Assembly (NCBI RefSeq): GCF_006345805.1
Contig: NC_043009.1
Span: 21,204,001-21,268,000, forward strand
Length of the DNA stretch: 64,000 nt
Direction of reading: 5' to 3'
Origin: Octopus sinensis
Taxonomy: Eukaryota
Shown here piece by piece: positions 36,300 through 49,500 of this stretch; position 1 is the first letter of the stretch, and every line of letters begins with the position of its first letter. Position numbers and translations under genes: made by a program. The notes beneath the pieces are model-generated. The model was not told the origin of the DNA and did not search any database. It was given only the letters and a program-made list of their open reading frames with translations.

Positions 36300-39200
36300 A
36301 AAAGAAAAACCAACAACCCACGAACACCCCCAACTGTCCTCCATACACTAAAAACAGAAATCACCCACAACCAACCTTTGCAAACCACGCAAGACCTAAC
36401 AGGGAACTAGCTGACAGACGACGCGTCTATGAAATAAATTACACCAAAAACAGAACACACCAACAACATTCTAATACCAGACCCAACCACCATACAGCAC
36501 AAAACGACACTAGAATAAGAAATACACCACACACACAAGTCGCTACTACCCCATGAACCAAAATTACTGGTCCCCACTAAACACAAGACAAACGCAAAAA
36601 AACACTATGTCAAGCAACATCCCACATACAAGCAGTTCGAAACAAAAATATTTCCCATACAGAAATTTTACACACACCACAAACAAAAACAACCATAGAT
36701 TCCCACACACACACAACGATCGGGGGCAACAATACCACCACTCCCCCGACCCAATATCACACAACCTCACAGACAACTCATACAAACAAAATTACACCCA
36801 ACATTTTTTAGCCAGGGACCAGGGACACCAGGACACAGGCTGGAACCTAGTAATAAGGAAAAACCGAAGATAATCAATCTTTCAACCAAACCTCTTTCTA
36901 ACATAATATTGACATCCTCTCAAAGGGCTCAAATTTACACCAACTCCACGCAGAGCCAACCTAAATGAAATCAAGGATAATATAACAGAATTTTGCAAGA
37001 AATTAAGACTAGCAGAAGCATCAACCAGTTTCAATACTGAAGATGAATCACTAGTCAAGAACAAAAGTGAACACATCCCACACAGAGGAAGAAATAAAGA
37101 TCTTGACGAATTCTGTAACCACATTGAGAACTTTCCCTACCATACTATACATAAACAGAAAGCTAATTCAAATTTTAACAATACACAATGGAAAGAACTG
37201 ATAGAACTTCAAAATGATGAGGATATAACCATTAAGGAAGCAGACAAGGGAAATGCAGTTGTAATAATGGATACATCATACTACAGAAATCTTGCTTGAT
37301 GACGACCTACATTATGAAAAAATTACCAACTACACCCCACAAAAAATAATGAAAACTCTATCTTCACTAATTAAAACCCATGAAAAGGAACTAACAACCA
37401 AAGAGATTGACTTTCTAACAAACTTTAAATGCAAACCTAGCCTTTTCTATGGTCTGCCAAAAATTCATAAAAGTCAAATTATAAATGAAATCATTAAAAA
37501 ATCACCAAAGACATACATACACACACCTAACCCGAGGGGACCTAAAACTACGACCCATTGTAGCTGGCCCAACCTGTGAAACACACAGACTAAGTCTACT
37601 TATGGACATTCTCATGAAACCCTTCCTTAAACATATCGATAGCCATATCTGAGATGACTTAGATATGTTAAACCACCTTCCAAAAAAAGCCAAGGAAGAA
37701 ACAATCCTGGTCTCATTTGAGGTATACTGGTATACAAGTTATGTAGTTAACTTGTATACCAGTATACCTCATAATTATGGACTGGAGGCAATACAGTTCT
37801 GGTTAGACCAATTTCCGGAAGAAATACCAAAAAGGATCAGTAAAGAATTCATTACTAAATCAATTGAATTCATCCTACACAATAACCACTTCATGTTTGA
37901 CAATACATTTTACCGTCAAAAATCCGGAATTGTTATGGGTACAAGGGCAGCACCAGTCATTGCGAATTTAACAATGGGATACATGGAAATAATCATTTAC
38001 CAGGAATCTTTATCAATCTTTGGAAATCCCCTCTCTCAATACATAAAAGAGAATTGGAAACGATTCTTAGACGATTGTTTTATTCTCTGGAATGAAAAAA
38101 CAGATAAACTCCTAAAATTTAAAAACCTATTGAACAGCATAAACCCAAATATACAGTTCACAATGGAATACAACCAAAAGGAGCTCCCGTTCTTGGATAT
38201 ACTAATTAAAATAATTAACCTTAAAATAGAAACAGACATTTTTTACAAAGCCACAGACGCCAAACAATACCTTCTTTTTAATTCATGCCACCCAAGACAC
38301 ACTAAAACAAACATCCCCTTCAACCTTGCAAGAAGGATATGCACAATAGTGTCAGAACAAAATACCAGGAACTTTAGACTGCAAGAACTCAAAAACACCC
38401 TAATTGACAGACATTACCCAGCTCAACTCATAGAGGATGGGATCAGACGTGCAACAGAAATCAACATAGAAACTTTAAGAAAAGTTCACACAACAACACA
38501 CCTTCCCCGAAAATACTACCTTACATATCTACATACAACCCCAGAAAAAAAGAAGCCTTCACATCATCATCACCCAGAATTTACCAATACTTCATAAAAA
38601 CCCCAAATTAAAGGAAATTCTAAACATACACCAAATCATTAAAAGCTACAAACAGCCTAAATCACTTAAAAAGATTCTCACAAAGGCAAAATTGTCTTCT
38701 GAAATTACGGATGCAAAAGTAAAAAAATGTGGTAGATCGAACTGTGCAACATGTCCTAACCTGCTAGAAGGATCAGAATTCCTCTTTAAAGAGGGACAGA
38801 AATTCAAGATCAAATCTAACTTTACTTGTGCCTCTGAAAACATAATTTATGTCATAAAATGCTCGGGCTGCCACCAAGACTACGTGGGTTCCACGGGACT
38901 TTCACTCAGACGTAGATGCACACTGCATCGACAACAGATTGCATTCCCAGAATATAGAATGATACCTTTTAGTGAGCACATTGAGAAATGCGCAAAGCAA
39001 CTACTACCACAATTTTTAATCCTTCCATTTTACCAATGTGCTTTCGGATCATAAACACAAATTAGACTAAACAAGGAAACATTCTTCATTGAAAAGTACA
39101 AGCCCAGACTCAACCATCCGAACATACTGATACAGAGAAATTCACACCAAGGGAGGGGAAAAAATTTTTAAGCGATTATCTCCCTTACACCGGAAGAAAT

Positions 39201-39720
39201 CACTCACTACCTTCCCTTATTTAGAACTCTCCTGAAAATAAACACAACGATAACTCTATTCAACATAAACATAATGTCACAAGAAATTTGAAAAGCTACA
39301 CGCGAAACCGGTCTTTCTTTTAAATTATGTCATTATAAGAGAAAAAAATTTTTTTTTTAATTTTATAATATTCTTCAGACATATTGACGCAAATATATAT
39401 ATATATTTTAACATTTAAGCCTTCTGTCGTTTTTTCACTCTTTACTACTTTCTATATATTCACCCACGTGCTTTCACAAACCAACTTTCTTATATATACG
39501 ATTCGCTAGCTTTTGCAGGTATATTTTTTTGTCTCCTTCTTTATGTGTTTTTTTTTTCTCTGTGTATCTTTCTGTTGAAGAGCGTAGGCTCGAAACGTTA
39601 AAGACTTGTTTCATTTATATTTCCTTAGCGCCATACTAATAAAATTGTTTGTTTGTATTCCACCTGCCTTCGTCTTTTGTTTATTTCCGTAAACCTGCCT
39701 TCGTCTTTTGTCTATTTTCA
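36300..39720 (+). mobile_element. Penelope-like element (RT + GIY-YIG, Cys-rich linker suggesting Neptune type), degenerate, with 3' pLTR
   Basis: INLS...SKGLKFTPTP; ADKGNAVV; LYTSIPH; GIVMGTRAAPVIANLTMG; RFLDDCF; LPFLDI; CGRSNCATC...IIYVIKCSGC...YVGST. Confidence 0.9.
39567..39604 (+). ncRNA. Minimal hammerhead-like motif with variant core CUGUUGA, in PLE pLTR
   Basis: tcttt-CUGUUGA-A-GAGC guag GCUC-GAAA-CG-UU^-aaaga. Confidence 0.55.
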
Positions 39721-39733
39721 TAAAGTTTACCGT

Positions 39734-39774
<41 letters not shown>

Positions 39775-40312
39775 TAATAATATATTATATATATATATAT
39801 ATTATATATATATATATATGTATGTATGTATACACATGTATATATACACATGTATAAATATATATGTATACACATGTATATATACATATGTATATATATA
39901 TATATATACATGTATAGACACATCTTTAATTAAACTATTGACCGCCTTAAAACGGATTTCAACAGACAAATATTACTATAATGGGGAATTCAATGTATTT
40001 ATTTATAAACTTTAAACTAAACTTCAATTGTTTTATAAACCTAACAGCGTGGTTGTACGTAAATAAACGGCGTAAATTAATGAAGGTATAAACCTGACGT
40101 AAATACACGAAATTGACGTACTTTCACTCCTGACAGCTAACAGCATGACAGTCTGTGTCAACAGTTCGTTTCCTCGGAGGATATGGAAATTCCTATTACC
40201 CGTCAGAGAAATAACTACAGCAGCTCACAACTATTTCAACAAAGACAAGGTTACCTGCTCACCAGTTGAATTCAGCGTCAACGCTCACGTATGAGAGAGA
40301 CTCCAACACACA

Positions 40313-40347
<35 letters not shown>

Positions 40348-40360
40348 CATATATATATAT

Positions 40361-40628
40361 AATGTGTGCATTATGTGGTCGGTCGGTTCAGCTGAAAATA
40401 TGCACACCTATGTTAAAAGTGCTGGCAAGTTTGCATGACAACTATTTTTTTTCGTCAAATGAAATGCGTGACCTCTAGGACAAAATTCCTCATCTTATAA
40501 AATGTGGCCCCAATAGACCCGAATGAAATCAGGTTATATTAACCAAAATGTGAAAAGGGGTCTAAATGGGGCTTGAAGGGGATTAAAATTTAAAGGAGCG
40601 GGTGTTTATGAATTCTCTGTTACATCAA
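40361..40628 (+). repeat. ~268-bp segment duplicated at 41391-41656
   Basis: Near-identical direct repeat ~1030 bp apart. Confidence 0.9.
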
Positions 40629-40976
40629 TGCGTTCATTTATATATGTGTGTGTGTGTTCTATATATAAATACGTATATATAATGTATATATACAAAGTGT
40701 ATATATCTGTATTTATGTATATTAAACTTTTTAATACTTTTTGATAGTTATATATATTTTTAAACAAATTATAAATATAATTTAATTTTTTTTTTAAATT
40801 TAAATAATTTATATTTTTCAATTTTATATTTTCTATATTTTCTATATTATATTTTTATTTTTATGTTTTTGTTTTTGGTTTTTCACTGTTTTATTTGCCT
40901 AATAGTGATTTTATCTCTAATTTAATTTGCCCCAGCATGGCCACAGCTCATTAGCTGAAACTAGAAAAATCAAAAT

Positions 40977-41017
<41 letters not shown>

Positions 41018-41217
41018 CGGAGAGATGTACTCGCATAGCAAGTAATTTGATCTGAGATCGTGTGCTGACGGACTTTGTCAGTGAACAGGTCGCGGATTTT
41101 AGCGACGAAAATATTTTGACAAATTAAACTTAAATGTTGAAGTGAATCGAACGGCTTTTGTGTGTTTCTTAAATGGCTTATAAACACCTTCCACGCTGCA
41201 ATTGTTTGTATATATAT

Positions 41218-41248
<31 letters not shown>

Positions 41249-41390
41249 GTATGTATATAATATAAATTTGTATACATTTGTAATATAATGCGTGCACACA
41301 CAAACACACACACACACCCATATATACATATATATATATATAACGGGAAGCTAATATGTATATATATATATATATAATATATATATATAT

Positions 41391-41656
41391 AATGTGTGCA
41401 TATGTGGTCGGTCGGTTCAGCTGAAAATATGCACACCTATGTTAAAAGTGCTGGCAAGTTTGCATGACGACTATTTTTTTCCTCAAATGAAAGGCGTGAC
41501 CTCTAGGACAAAATTCCTATTCTTATAAAATGTGGCCCCAGTAGACCCGAATGAAATCGGGTTATATTAACCAAAATGTGAAATAGGGTCTAAATGGGGC
41601 TTGAAGGGGATTAAAATTTAAAGGAGCGGGTGTTTAGCAATTCTCTGTTACATCAA
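41391..41656 (+). repeat. Second copy of 40361-40628
   Basis: Direct sequence match with scattered substitutions. Confidence 0.9.
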
Positions 41657-42194
41657 GCTAAAAAATTTGCGCCAGCCTTTTAATCGTCAATGTGTTGCCG
41701 TCCATGAAGAAGAAGTTTTCAGTGCTTGCCATGGTGAGTCTACTGTCGTGAGAAAGAATCAATTCAAAACTTGGTTTTTACGAATTTTCTTTTACATCAA
41801 GTTCAAAATATTACGCCAGCCGTTAAACTGTCAATACGTTGCTGGCCATCATTAAGAAATGCCAGCCATGGTGACTCTACTATCCTCAAATTCTATCCCT
41901 TCAAACTTTGGTTTCCAATATTTTATTATCTTTATTCAGCTCGAAAGTTCGTCTGACCCTTTTAAATGTTAGTGTTTTGCTGTCTGCCTTGAAGCAGACC
42001 TTTCCGTTGTTACTGCCTGATATTTATGATTGATCTTTCTAAATATGTTATTTCTCAACTTACTCAAGATCTTTTGTTGTTTATAAATGGGAGAGAGATA
42101 GATAAAGATAGAGAGCAAGAGAAAGCGAGGGAGAGTCCGAGAGAAAGGAAGAGTAAGAGAGTGGGGAAAGTGAGAGAGAAACAAAGAGGGAGAA

Positions 42195-42510
42195 TCATCA
42201 TCATCATCATCATCGTTTAACGTCCGTTTTCCGTGCTAGCACGGGTTGGACAGTTTGACTGGGGTCTGGGAAGCCAGGAGGCTGCACCAGGCTCCAGTCT
42301 GATCTGGCAGTGTTTCTACAGGTGGATGACCTTCCTAACGCCAACCACTCTGTGAGTGTAGTGGATGCTTTTTTTCGTGCCGCCGGCACAGGTGCCAGGG
42401 GGGCTGGCAGCGGCTAAGATCGGTTGGTGCTTTTTACGTGCCACCGGCACAGAAGCCAGTCAAGGCGGCGCTGCAATCGGCCACGTTCGGATTGTGCTTT
42501 TTACGTGCTG
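42195..42510 (-). mobile_element. RTE 3'-tail/SINE-like fragment
   Basis: (CAT)n cgtttaacgtccg...; same family as 9578-10040. Confidence 0.8.
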
Positions 42511-42572
42511 AAAGGAAGCAACAGAAAGTAACAACCACACTCTTACCCGCGCGTAGAGCGGGTCATCTTAAG

Positions 42573-42609
<37 letters not shown>

Positions 42610-42616
<7 letters not shown>

Positions 42617-42900
42617 CGGGAAGCTTTATGAAAATAAACAAAAGACGAAGGCAGGTGGAGTACAAACAAACAATTGTATTAGTATGGCGCTCAGGAATAT
42701 AAATAAAACAAGTCTTTTACGTTTCGAGCCTACGCTCTTCAACAGAAGGATACACAGAAAAGAAACACGGAGAGAAACAAGGAGAGAGAAAAAATGCGTG
42801 CAGAAGCTAGCGATTCAACATGGCGATCTGATTCCGGCTAGAAGTCAAAGATCAAACGTGAGACGCAAGAGCGAAAATAGGGGAGATAACAGGGTCAAAT
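42610..42900 (-). mobile_element. Solo PLE pLTR fragment homologous to 39540-39735
   Basis: The reverse complement matches cctgccttcgtcttttg...ttcataaag and the CUGUUGA hammerhead motif at 42713-42750. Confidence 0.8.
42713..42750 (-). ncRNA. Second copy of the CUGUUGA hammerhead-like motif
   Basis: tcctt-CUGUUGA-A-GAGC guag GCUC-GAAA-CG-UA^-aaaga. Confidence 0.5.
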
Positions 42901-43009
42901 GACTTCGCCCCAACAGAAGGGTGCGGGTGTGTATGTGAGAGTATGTAGTGCGTATGAAAGGTCTGGACGTGTGTATGTATGTATGATGTGATGTGTAATG
43001 TCGTATGGT

Positions 43010-43405
43010 GTAGTGTAGAGAGAGGAGATGAGGGGGGAGGGGCGAAGGAGGGAGGAGATGAGGGAAGAGATAAGGGGGAGAGGGGAGGAGAGATGAGGAA
43101 GGAGGGGGAGATGGAGAGGGGGCGAGCGAAAGGGGGAAAAGGAAAGAGGAGAAGTGGAGAAGAGGAGGGAGGAGGGAGAACAGGAAAGGTGAGAGTGAGG
43201 AGGGGGAGATGAGGGGGGAGAATGAAAGAGAGAGGGGTGAGGGTGAGATGAGGGGGGTGGAGAGGGGGGAGAAGGAAAGAGGAGAAAAGGAGGGCGGGGG
43301 GAGTGGGAGAAGGAAGGAGAGAAGAGGAGGGGGATGGGAAATGAGGGGAGAGGAGGATGGGAGGAGAGAGAGAGGGGAGGAAAGAGAGAGGGGGAGAGAG
43401 AAGGA
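43010..43405. repeat. ~400-bp G/A polypurine tract
   Basis: Almost exclusively purines, with many GGG/GGGG runs. Confidence 0.9.
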
Positions 43406-43414
43406 TATATATAT

Positions 43415-43560
43415 ATCCTTAAATCCTTAAAAATGTTTTAGCCCGAAGGCCGCGGCCATGCTGGGGCACCACCGCTGAATGAGCTACACTAATATGTGAA
43501 TCCACCTCTTATACGTGGCACTTGGTCAACAAGGGAGTTCGATGCCGCTGCCCACATCTG
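43415..43560 (-). mobile_element. CR1/L2-group LINE 3' end only (TTAAGGATT tail)
   Basis: Matches 46000-46140 and 62110-62260. Confidence 0.85.
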
Positions 43561-45180
43561 TATCTCTAAAGAACTGCTAGATAAAGCCCTAATCTTCGCT
43601 AGTGACTTCATAGAAATTAGTACCAATGATAAGGATATAATCTTCCATGCTAGAAAGACATTACTTTTCAGTGAGAATGCAAAGTGGGTAAAAAACACCG
43701 ACACGGAGGGCGCTTTCGATGTGAGCATGGGTTCATATGATGGGGCAGGCATCTGTGATCTAATTGGACTCTTTCTCCTAGATACCTTCGGTAAGACATT
43801 CCCTAACGTACATTTCGCCATCTACAAAGATGATGCCCTCGCCTTAACAGCTAATACAAATGGACCAGCACAAGATCGTTTTAGGAAGGATATTATCCAG
43901 TTAATGAAACACTTCGGACTTAGTATAACTATAGACACTAACCTGACGGTTGTCAATTTCTTAGACGTTTCCTTAGATCTTAATAATAATATTTATAAGC
44001 TTATAGGAAGCCAATGATAGACTAAGTTATATAATGTAGCTTCATGCCATCCCCCTATAGTATTCAAAAATTTAGTTAAAAATATTAGTAAGAGGATTTC
44101 TAGCCTCTCATCTAATGAGGACATCTTCAATAGCGTTGCCCCAGTTTATAATAAAGCTTTAAAAGATAGTGTGGTTTTAGCGAAAAAAAAAATATACACC
44201 TATCACTAGCCCAACAGTAAGGAAAAGGAATAATAGAAATAGGAAGGTCATCTGGTTTACGCCCCCTTACTCACCCGAGGTGGCCTTCAATATAGGTAAA
44301 TATTTCCTAGCACTGGTAGATAGACATTTTCCAGTTAACCATGCTTATAGGAAACTCTTCAATAGACACAATTTAAAAATTAGTTTTAGTTCAACTACCA
44401 TTTTAAAAACATAATCAATCATAACATACAAAAAACACAAGAAGAAAACAGCTGTTCATGCAGGAATAAAGAATTGTGCCCGCTAAATGGAGCTTGCATG
44501 TCCAAGACCATCATATATGAAGCTACCGTAAACTCTATAACCACTAAAGACACCGTTTCGACGAAGAAATACGTGGGCCTGACAGAGGGTAATTTCAAGG
44601 CCAGGTTCAATAACCACACTTTGAGCTTTAGGCACTGGAACAAAAGAAAAGCGACACAATTATCCAATCATATTTGGTCTTTAAGAGATAAGGTGTCGAT
44701 TATACATACAATGGAAGATTTTGGCCAGATGTAAGCCCTATACTAACGGCAGCGGAAGGTGCGGTTTATGCGACATGGAGAGATGGCTTATCTGGAAAAG
44801 CAGCTTAGACCCTACCACATGTCTAAATACAAGGACAGAGCTTTTCGGATCATGCCCACATGTGACTAAATTTCTGTTACGTTTTTGGTCCCCTAAAGAA
44901 AACGGATAGAACATGCTTTCTGTGTTATGTCCCAAGAAGAATTTATATATTTTTATATATTTTTATATATTTTTATGTATTTTTATATAATTTTTATGAC
45001 GAAAAATGCGAGCGATGTATAAGTACGCAGGCAAAGCAGAGTTATAACAGAGTAATTTCCCTTCATTTTTAACGGTATTTTTTCATAACGTTTTCAAATA
45101 GCCAGATAACCGAAGAGATGGTGTTGTGGATTTCCATTTCGGCATCTGAAACTCAGAGTTTTATCTTGACTACCGAGTAA
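43560..45180 (+). mobile_element. Penelope-like element (probably Nematis type), 5'-truncated, degenerate
   Basis: SISKELLDKAL; FDVSMGSYDGAGICDLIG; YKDDAL; NFLDV; C.C....CPLNGAC..IIYEA...YVGLTEGNFKARFNNH; CGLC. Confidence 0.85.
45104..45166 (+). ncRNA. Hammerhead-like motif (core CCGAAGA) downstream of the PLE ORF
   Basis: agataa-CCGAAGA-GAUG[22 nt]CAUC-u-GAAA-CUC a GAG-UU^-ttatct: 6-bp stem I and a palindromic stem III. Confidence 0.5.
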
Positions 45181-45266
45181 TGTAACATATTGTATAGATA
45201 TATATATATATATATATGTATATGTGTATATCTATATGTATATATATATGTATATGTATATGTATA

Positions 45267-45305
<39 letters not shown>

Positions 45306-45394
45306 GTATATAGATATGTATATATATCTATATATATATGTATATGTATATGTACAGATATATATGTATATGTACATATATATGTATCACTCTT

Positions 45395-45801
45395 TTTACT
45401 TACTCTTTTACTTATTTCAGTCATTTGACTGCGGCCATGCTGGAGCACCGCCCTTAGTCGAGCAAATCGACCCCGGGACTTATTCTTTGTAAGCCCAGTA
45501 CTTATTCTATCGGTCTCTTTTGCCGAACCGCTAAGTTACGGGGACGTAAACACACCAGCATCGGTTGTCAAACAATGCTAGGGGGACAAACACAGACACA
45601 CAAACGTATACACACACATACATACATATATATATACGACAGGCTTCTTTCAGTTTCCGTCTACCAAATCCACTCACAAGGCATTGGTCAGCCCGGGGCT
45701 ATAGCAGAAGACATTTGCCCAAGATGCCACGCAGTTTGACTGAACCCGGAACCATGTGGTTGGTAAGCAAGCTACTTACCACACAGCCACTCCTGCGCCT
45801 A
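45395..45801 (-). mobile_element. Full-length tRNA-derived CORE-type SINE
   Basis: Head taggcgcaggagtggctgtgtggtaagtagcttgc...ggttccgggttcagtc, core gggcaaatgtc, tail cagtcaaatgactgaaataagtaaaagag. Confidence 0.85.
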
Positions 45802-45859
45802 TGTAGATGTGTATATGTATATATGTATATGCGTATATGTATATATGTATATGTATATA

Positions 45860-45955
<96 letters not shown>

Positions 45956-45999
45956 GTATGTATATATATATATGTATGTATGTATGTAAAATGCATAAA

Positions 46000-47432
46000 A
46001 TCCTTAAAAAATCCCTTAAAATGTTTTAGACCGAAGGCTGCGGCGATGCTGAGGCACCACCGTTGAATGAGCTACACTAATATGTGAAACCACCTCTGAT
46101 ACGTGGCACTTGATCAACAAGAGTGTTCTATGCCGCTGCTCGCATTTGTATTTCCTGCCGAGAGGTAGGTTCATCTGGGACCCCCGACAAGAAGAGATCC
46201 AATTTAATTTTAAAGAAACCCACATCCACACCAAGGATATTGAAGTGCTGTGGTCCTCTGAAACCCAAGCTGTTGCAGTATCTGGTCCTGTATTCTGATG
46301 ATGATGTTGGAATCTTTGGCACCATACAGTGGCGCCCTATTCTGCGGTCGGGGTAACAATACCCTCCAGGATTTTCCAGATCTATATCCCTGCATATCTC
46401 TTTCGCCTTCGCTCCAGGGAGAAGAGTTTTAATACTTTCAGTCTTTCCCAGTAGCTAATATGTTGCATTGAGACGATCTTTGCGTAGCTTCGTTGAATTG
46501 CTTCGAGTTCAGCTGTTAACTTTATATTGTGTGGTGACCATAGTTGGGAGCACTAGTCCAAGCGGCTGAGGATGAATGTCTTCCAAAGGACCATCAGTGT
46601 CTCCTTCTCTCTTGTTCTGAAAGTTCGGAGAATCCATTCAGCTAGTGTTTGCATTTTATCACCAAATTAGTAATATGCACTTGGAAAGATGCATCGTTGC
46701 TCGTGTCAATGCCCAGGTCACGCACTGATTTTGACTCAGGAATTACAATCCTTCCCGGGCCAGTGTATCCGGTCTGCATGTCGTTTACCTTTGTATGCCG
46801 GTAGCGCTGGGCCTGGAACTTACCTGCATTAAACTGCATGTTGTTGTCCTCAGCCCATCTGTATATTGTATCCAACTCCCGTTGCAGATGTGCAATATTT
46901 CCAGGTTTTGTATTGTGCGGTAGACTTTTGTGTCATCTGCATAGCTAGCAAGGGTGGCCATCTTAGCAACTGAGGGCATGTCTGAAAGAGCCACTATGAA
47001 CAGCAGTGGCCCCAAGACAGTGCTCTGTGGAACACCGCTTGTTATTTGTGTTTCCTTGGAGGTGGCTCCATTGGTCACAACTGCCTGCCTTCTATCCTTT
47101 AGGAAGTTGTGCAGCTATTCTCCAAGTTTTCCGCCTATACCGAGACCACGCAGTTTTTGACAGATCATACCATGGTTTGACTTTATCGAAGGCTTTTGCA
47201 AAGTCGAGATATATCACATTTACATTTGAGTCATTTAATAGCTGTTTTAACACCCAGTCATAGTGTTGCAGGCGGTGTGTTAGGCAGGTTCTACCTGGTC
47301 GAAATCCATGCTGGGTGTCAGTCAGCAAGTCATTTTCTTCAAGGAACCTGATTAGTTTCTTGTGGACTATTCGTTCCATGACTTTGCTGATGTGTGAGCT
47401 CAGAGAGATAGGCATATAAATTTCAGCATCTG
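46000..47432 (-). mobile_element. 5'-truncated CR1/L2-group LINE (same family as 25205-28530)
   Basis: Collinear, highly similar DNA to 25205-26240. Contains YADDTK and an intact 3' end with a (TTAAGGATT)-type tail. Flanked by microsatellites. Confidence 0.92.
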
Positions 47433-47496
<64 letters not shown>

Positions 47497-47503
47497 TGTG
47501 TGT

Positions 47504-47550
<47 letters not shown>

Positions 47551-47554
47551 ACTC

Positions 47555-47942
47555 TTTTTACTCTTTTACTTGTTTCAGTCATTTGACTGCGGCCATGCTG
47601 GAGCACCGCCTTTAATCGAGCAACTCGACCCCAGGACTTATTCTTTTTGTAAGCCCAGTACTTATTCTATCGGTCTCTTTTGCCGAACCGCTAAGTAACG
47701 GGGACATAAACACACCAGCATCGGTTGTCAAGCAATGCTAGGGGGATAAACACAGACACACAAACACACACACGCATATATATATATACATACATACGAC
47801 GGACTTCTTTCAGTTTCCATCTACCAAATCCACTCACAAGGCATTGGTCGGCCCGGGGCTATAGTAGAAGACACATGCCCAAGATGCCACGCAGTGGGAC
47901 TGAACCCAGAACCATGTGGTTGGTTAGCAAGCTACTTACCAC
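47555..47942 (-). mobile_element. CORE-type SINE, head clipped
   Basis: Close homologue of 45395-45801. Confidence 0.85.
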
Positions 47943-48480
47943 ATGTATGTATATATATATATATATATTGTTACGGACGCAAGGAAAATGTAAACGAACA
48001 AAAAAACATTATGCCCCTTGTTCCATTAGTTGGAATCGAACCGGCGCTCCAGTTGCTCAGGACAATGGCATTTCCTTTGTCCTGTCAAAGAGCATGGTTA
48101 TTAATGACCCTAGGCAGTGATCTATGGCCTCCATACGGTCACCGAAAGTTTTTAAAAAATAAGAATGTTGGGAAGGGATGTACACACTGCTGTCATCGAT
48201 ATCTCTCTTCTTCTAGCTGCAGGCCGTTATAAATACGGCTGTCATTAAGTAAAAGTTTGAGTCGGCGAGAGGCAGCCAAGATGACAGTGGCAGACTGACA
48301 GACAGAGATGACAACGAGCGGCAAGTTGTTATAGTGGGAGTTTGTGAAGTTAAAATTTGTTGCGTACGCGAGTTAAGAAACAAATGTTGTGATAATGTTG
48401 TTTTCTGTATATTTTGAATTCTAATGTTTAAATGTAAATATCTAAAAAAGAAGAAAAGAGATGATGTGCCGTTGAAATGA

Positions 48481-48520
<40 letters not shown>

Positions 48521-49079
48521 GTACAAAGTAAGATAGGGGTTATGAGGGTAACCCACTATGGGATATCAGTTATCCAATATACTGCTGGTGAAGCACCCAA
48601 ATGCCAAATACATAAATGTTTATAATTGCAATGCAATTAATTCATTTTTTGTATCTGATGGGCGAAGGTAAAATATTTTACCGTAAATTCATAATACAAA
48701 TAAGAAAATGGAGGAACAAATTCATTTCAATCATCATCTTACAGATATTACCATTTCATATTATTTATTTCTATCTAGATAGAAAGAAAAACTTAGGTAG
48801 CAGTAATGTGCCTCACTACCTCTTGAGATTTAATAATTATAATAGTGTGAGTAAGGGTAACCCTATTGGAGGAAATGGTAGCAGCAATACTGTAATGACG
48901 AATAATAACATGGTTGATGTTCATGGTATTAGTAGTAATAGCTCTAATGATTCGAATAATATTAATAATGTAAAATATAACCCACCGTTGAATATGGGAA
49001 TAATTAGCGAGAATGATAATAATATTATCAATAATAGTAATGATGCTGGGAATGCAACAACTTATATTCATAATAAAGT

Positions 49080-49500
49080 TAAACATTGTCAACTGGATAA
49101 TAGCTGCAATTGTAGATAATAGCTGCAATTGTGTGTTCAATAATGAATGCTTGTAAAAGGAGGTGGTTTACCAATGCACGGTAAGTACACAATATGATAG
49201 TAGGGTATATATTGGTGCTACTAAAAATAATCTGAAACAGAGACTTAATTATCATAGATACACTTTTAGGAATAAGAATAGGATTAATTCAACAGGATTA
49301 AGTGCATATATTTGGGAGCTTAAGAACAAAAATATCAATTATAATTTACAATGGAAAATACTTACAACCGCACCAGCGTATAATTATAGGAATAGAAAAT
49401 GCTCATTATGCATTAATGAAATTTTCTTTATAATCAAGGCTAATTTACTTATTATCAACAATCTTAAGGAACAAAATTCTCATGCCTTCATAGACTAGCG
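49080..49500 (+). pseudogene. Penelope-like GIY-YIG endonuclease relic
   Basis: SCNC...CL*KEVVYQCTV...VYIGATKNNLKQRLNYH...YIWELK...KCSLCINE; homologous to 44450-44800. Confidence 0.8.

Noticed and set aside
47969-48484. Possible solo LTR (TG...CA, TATAAA at ~48227) with a tRNA-like B-box on the minus strand at ~48030-48050
   Set aside because: No terminal inverted repeat, PBS or definable TSD (it sits in (AT)n). It cannot be separated from a SINE-like relic, and no cloverleaf supports a tRNA gene.
48520-48620. CUGGUGA-AGC motif upstream of the GIY-YIG relic as a hammerhead
   Set aside because: No GAAA or cleavage-site half can be paired.
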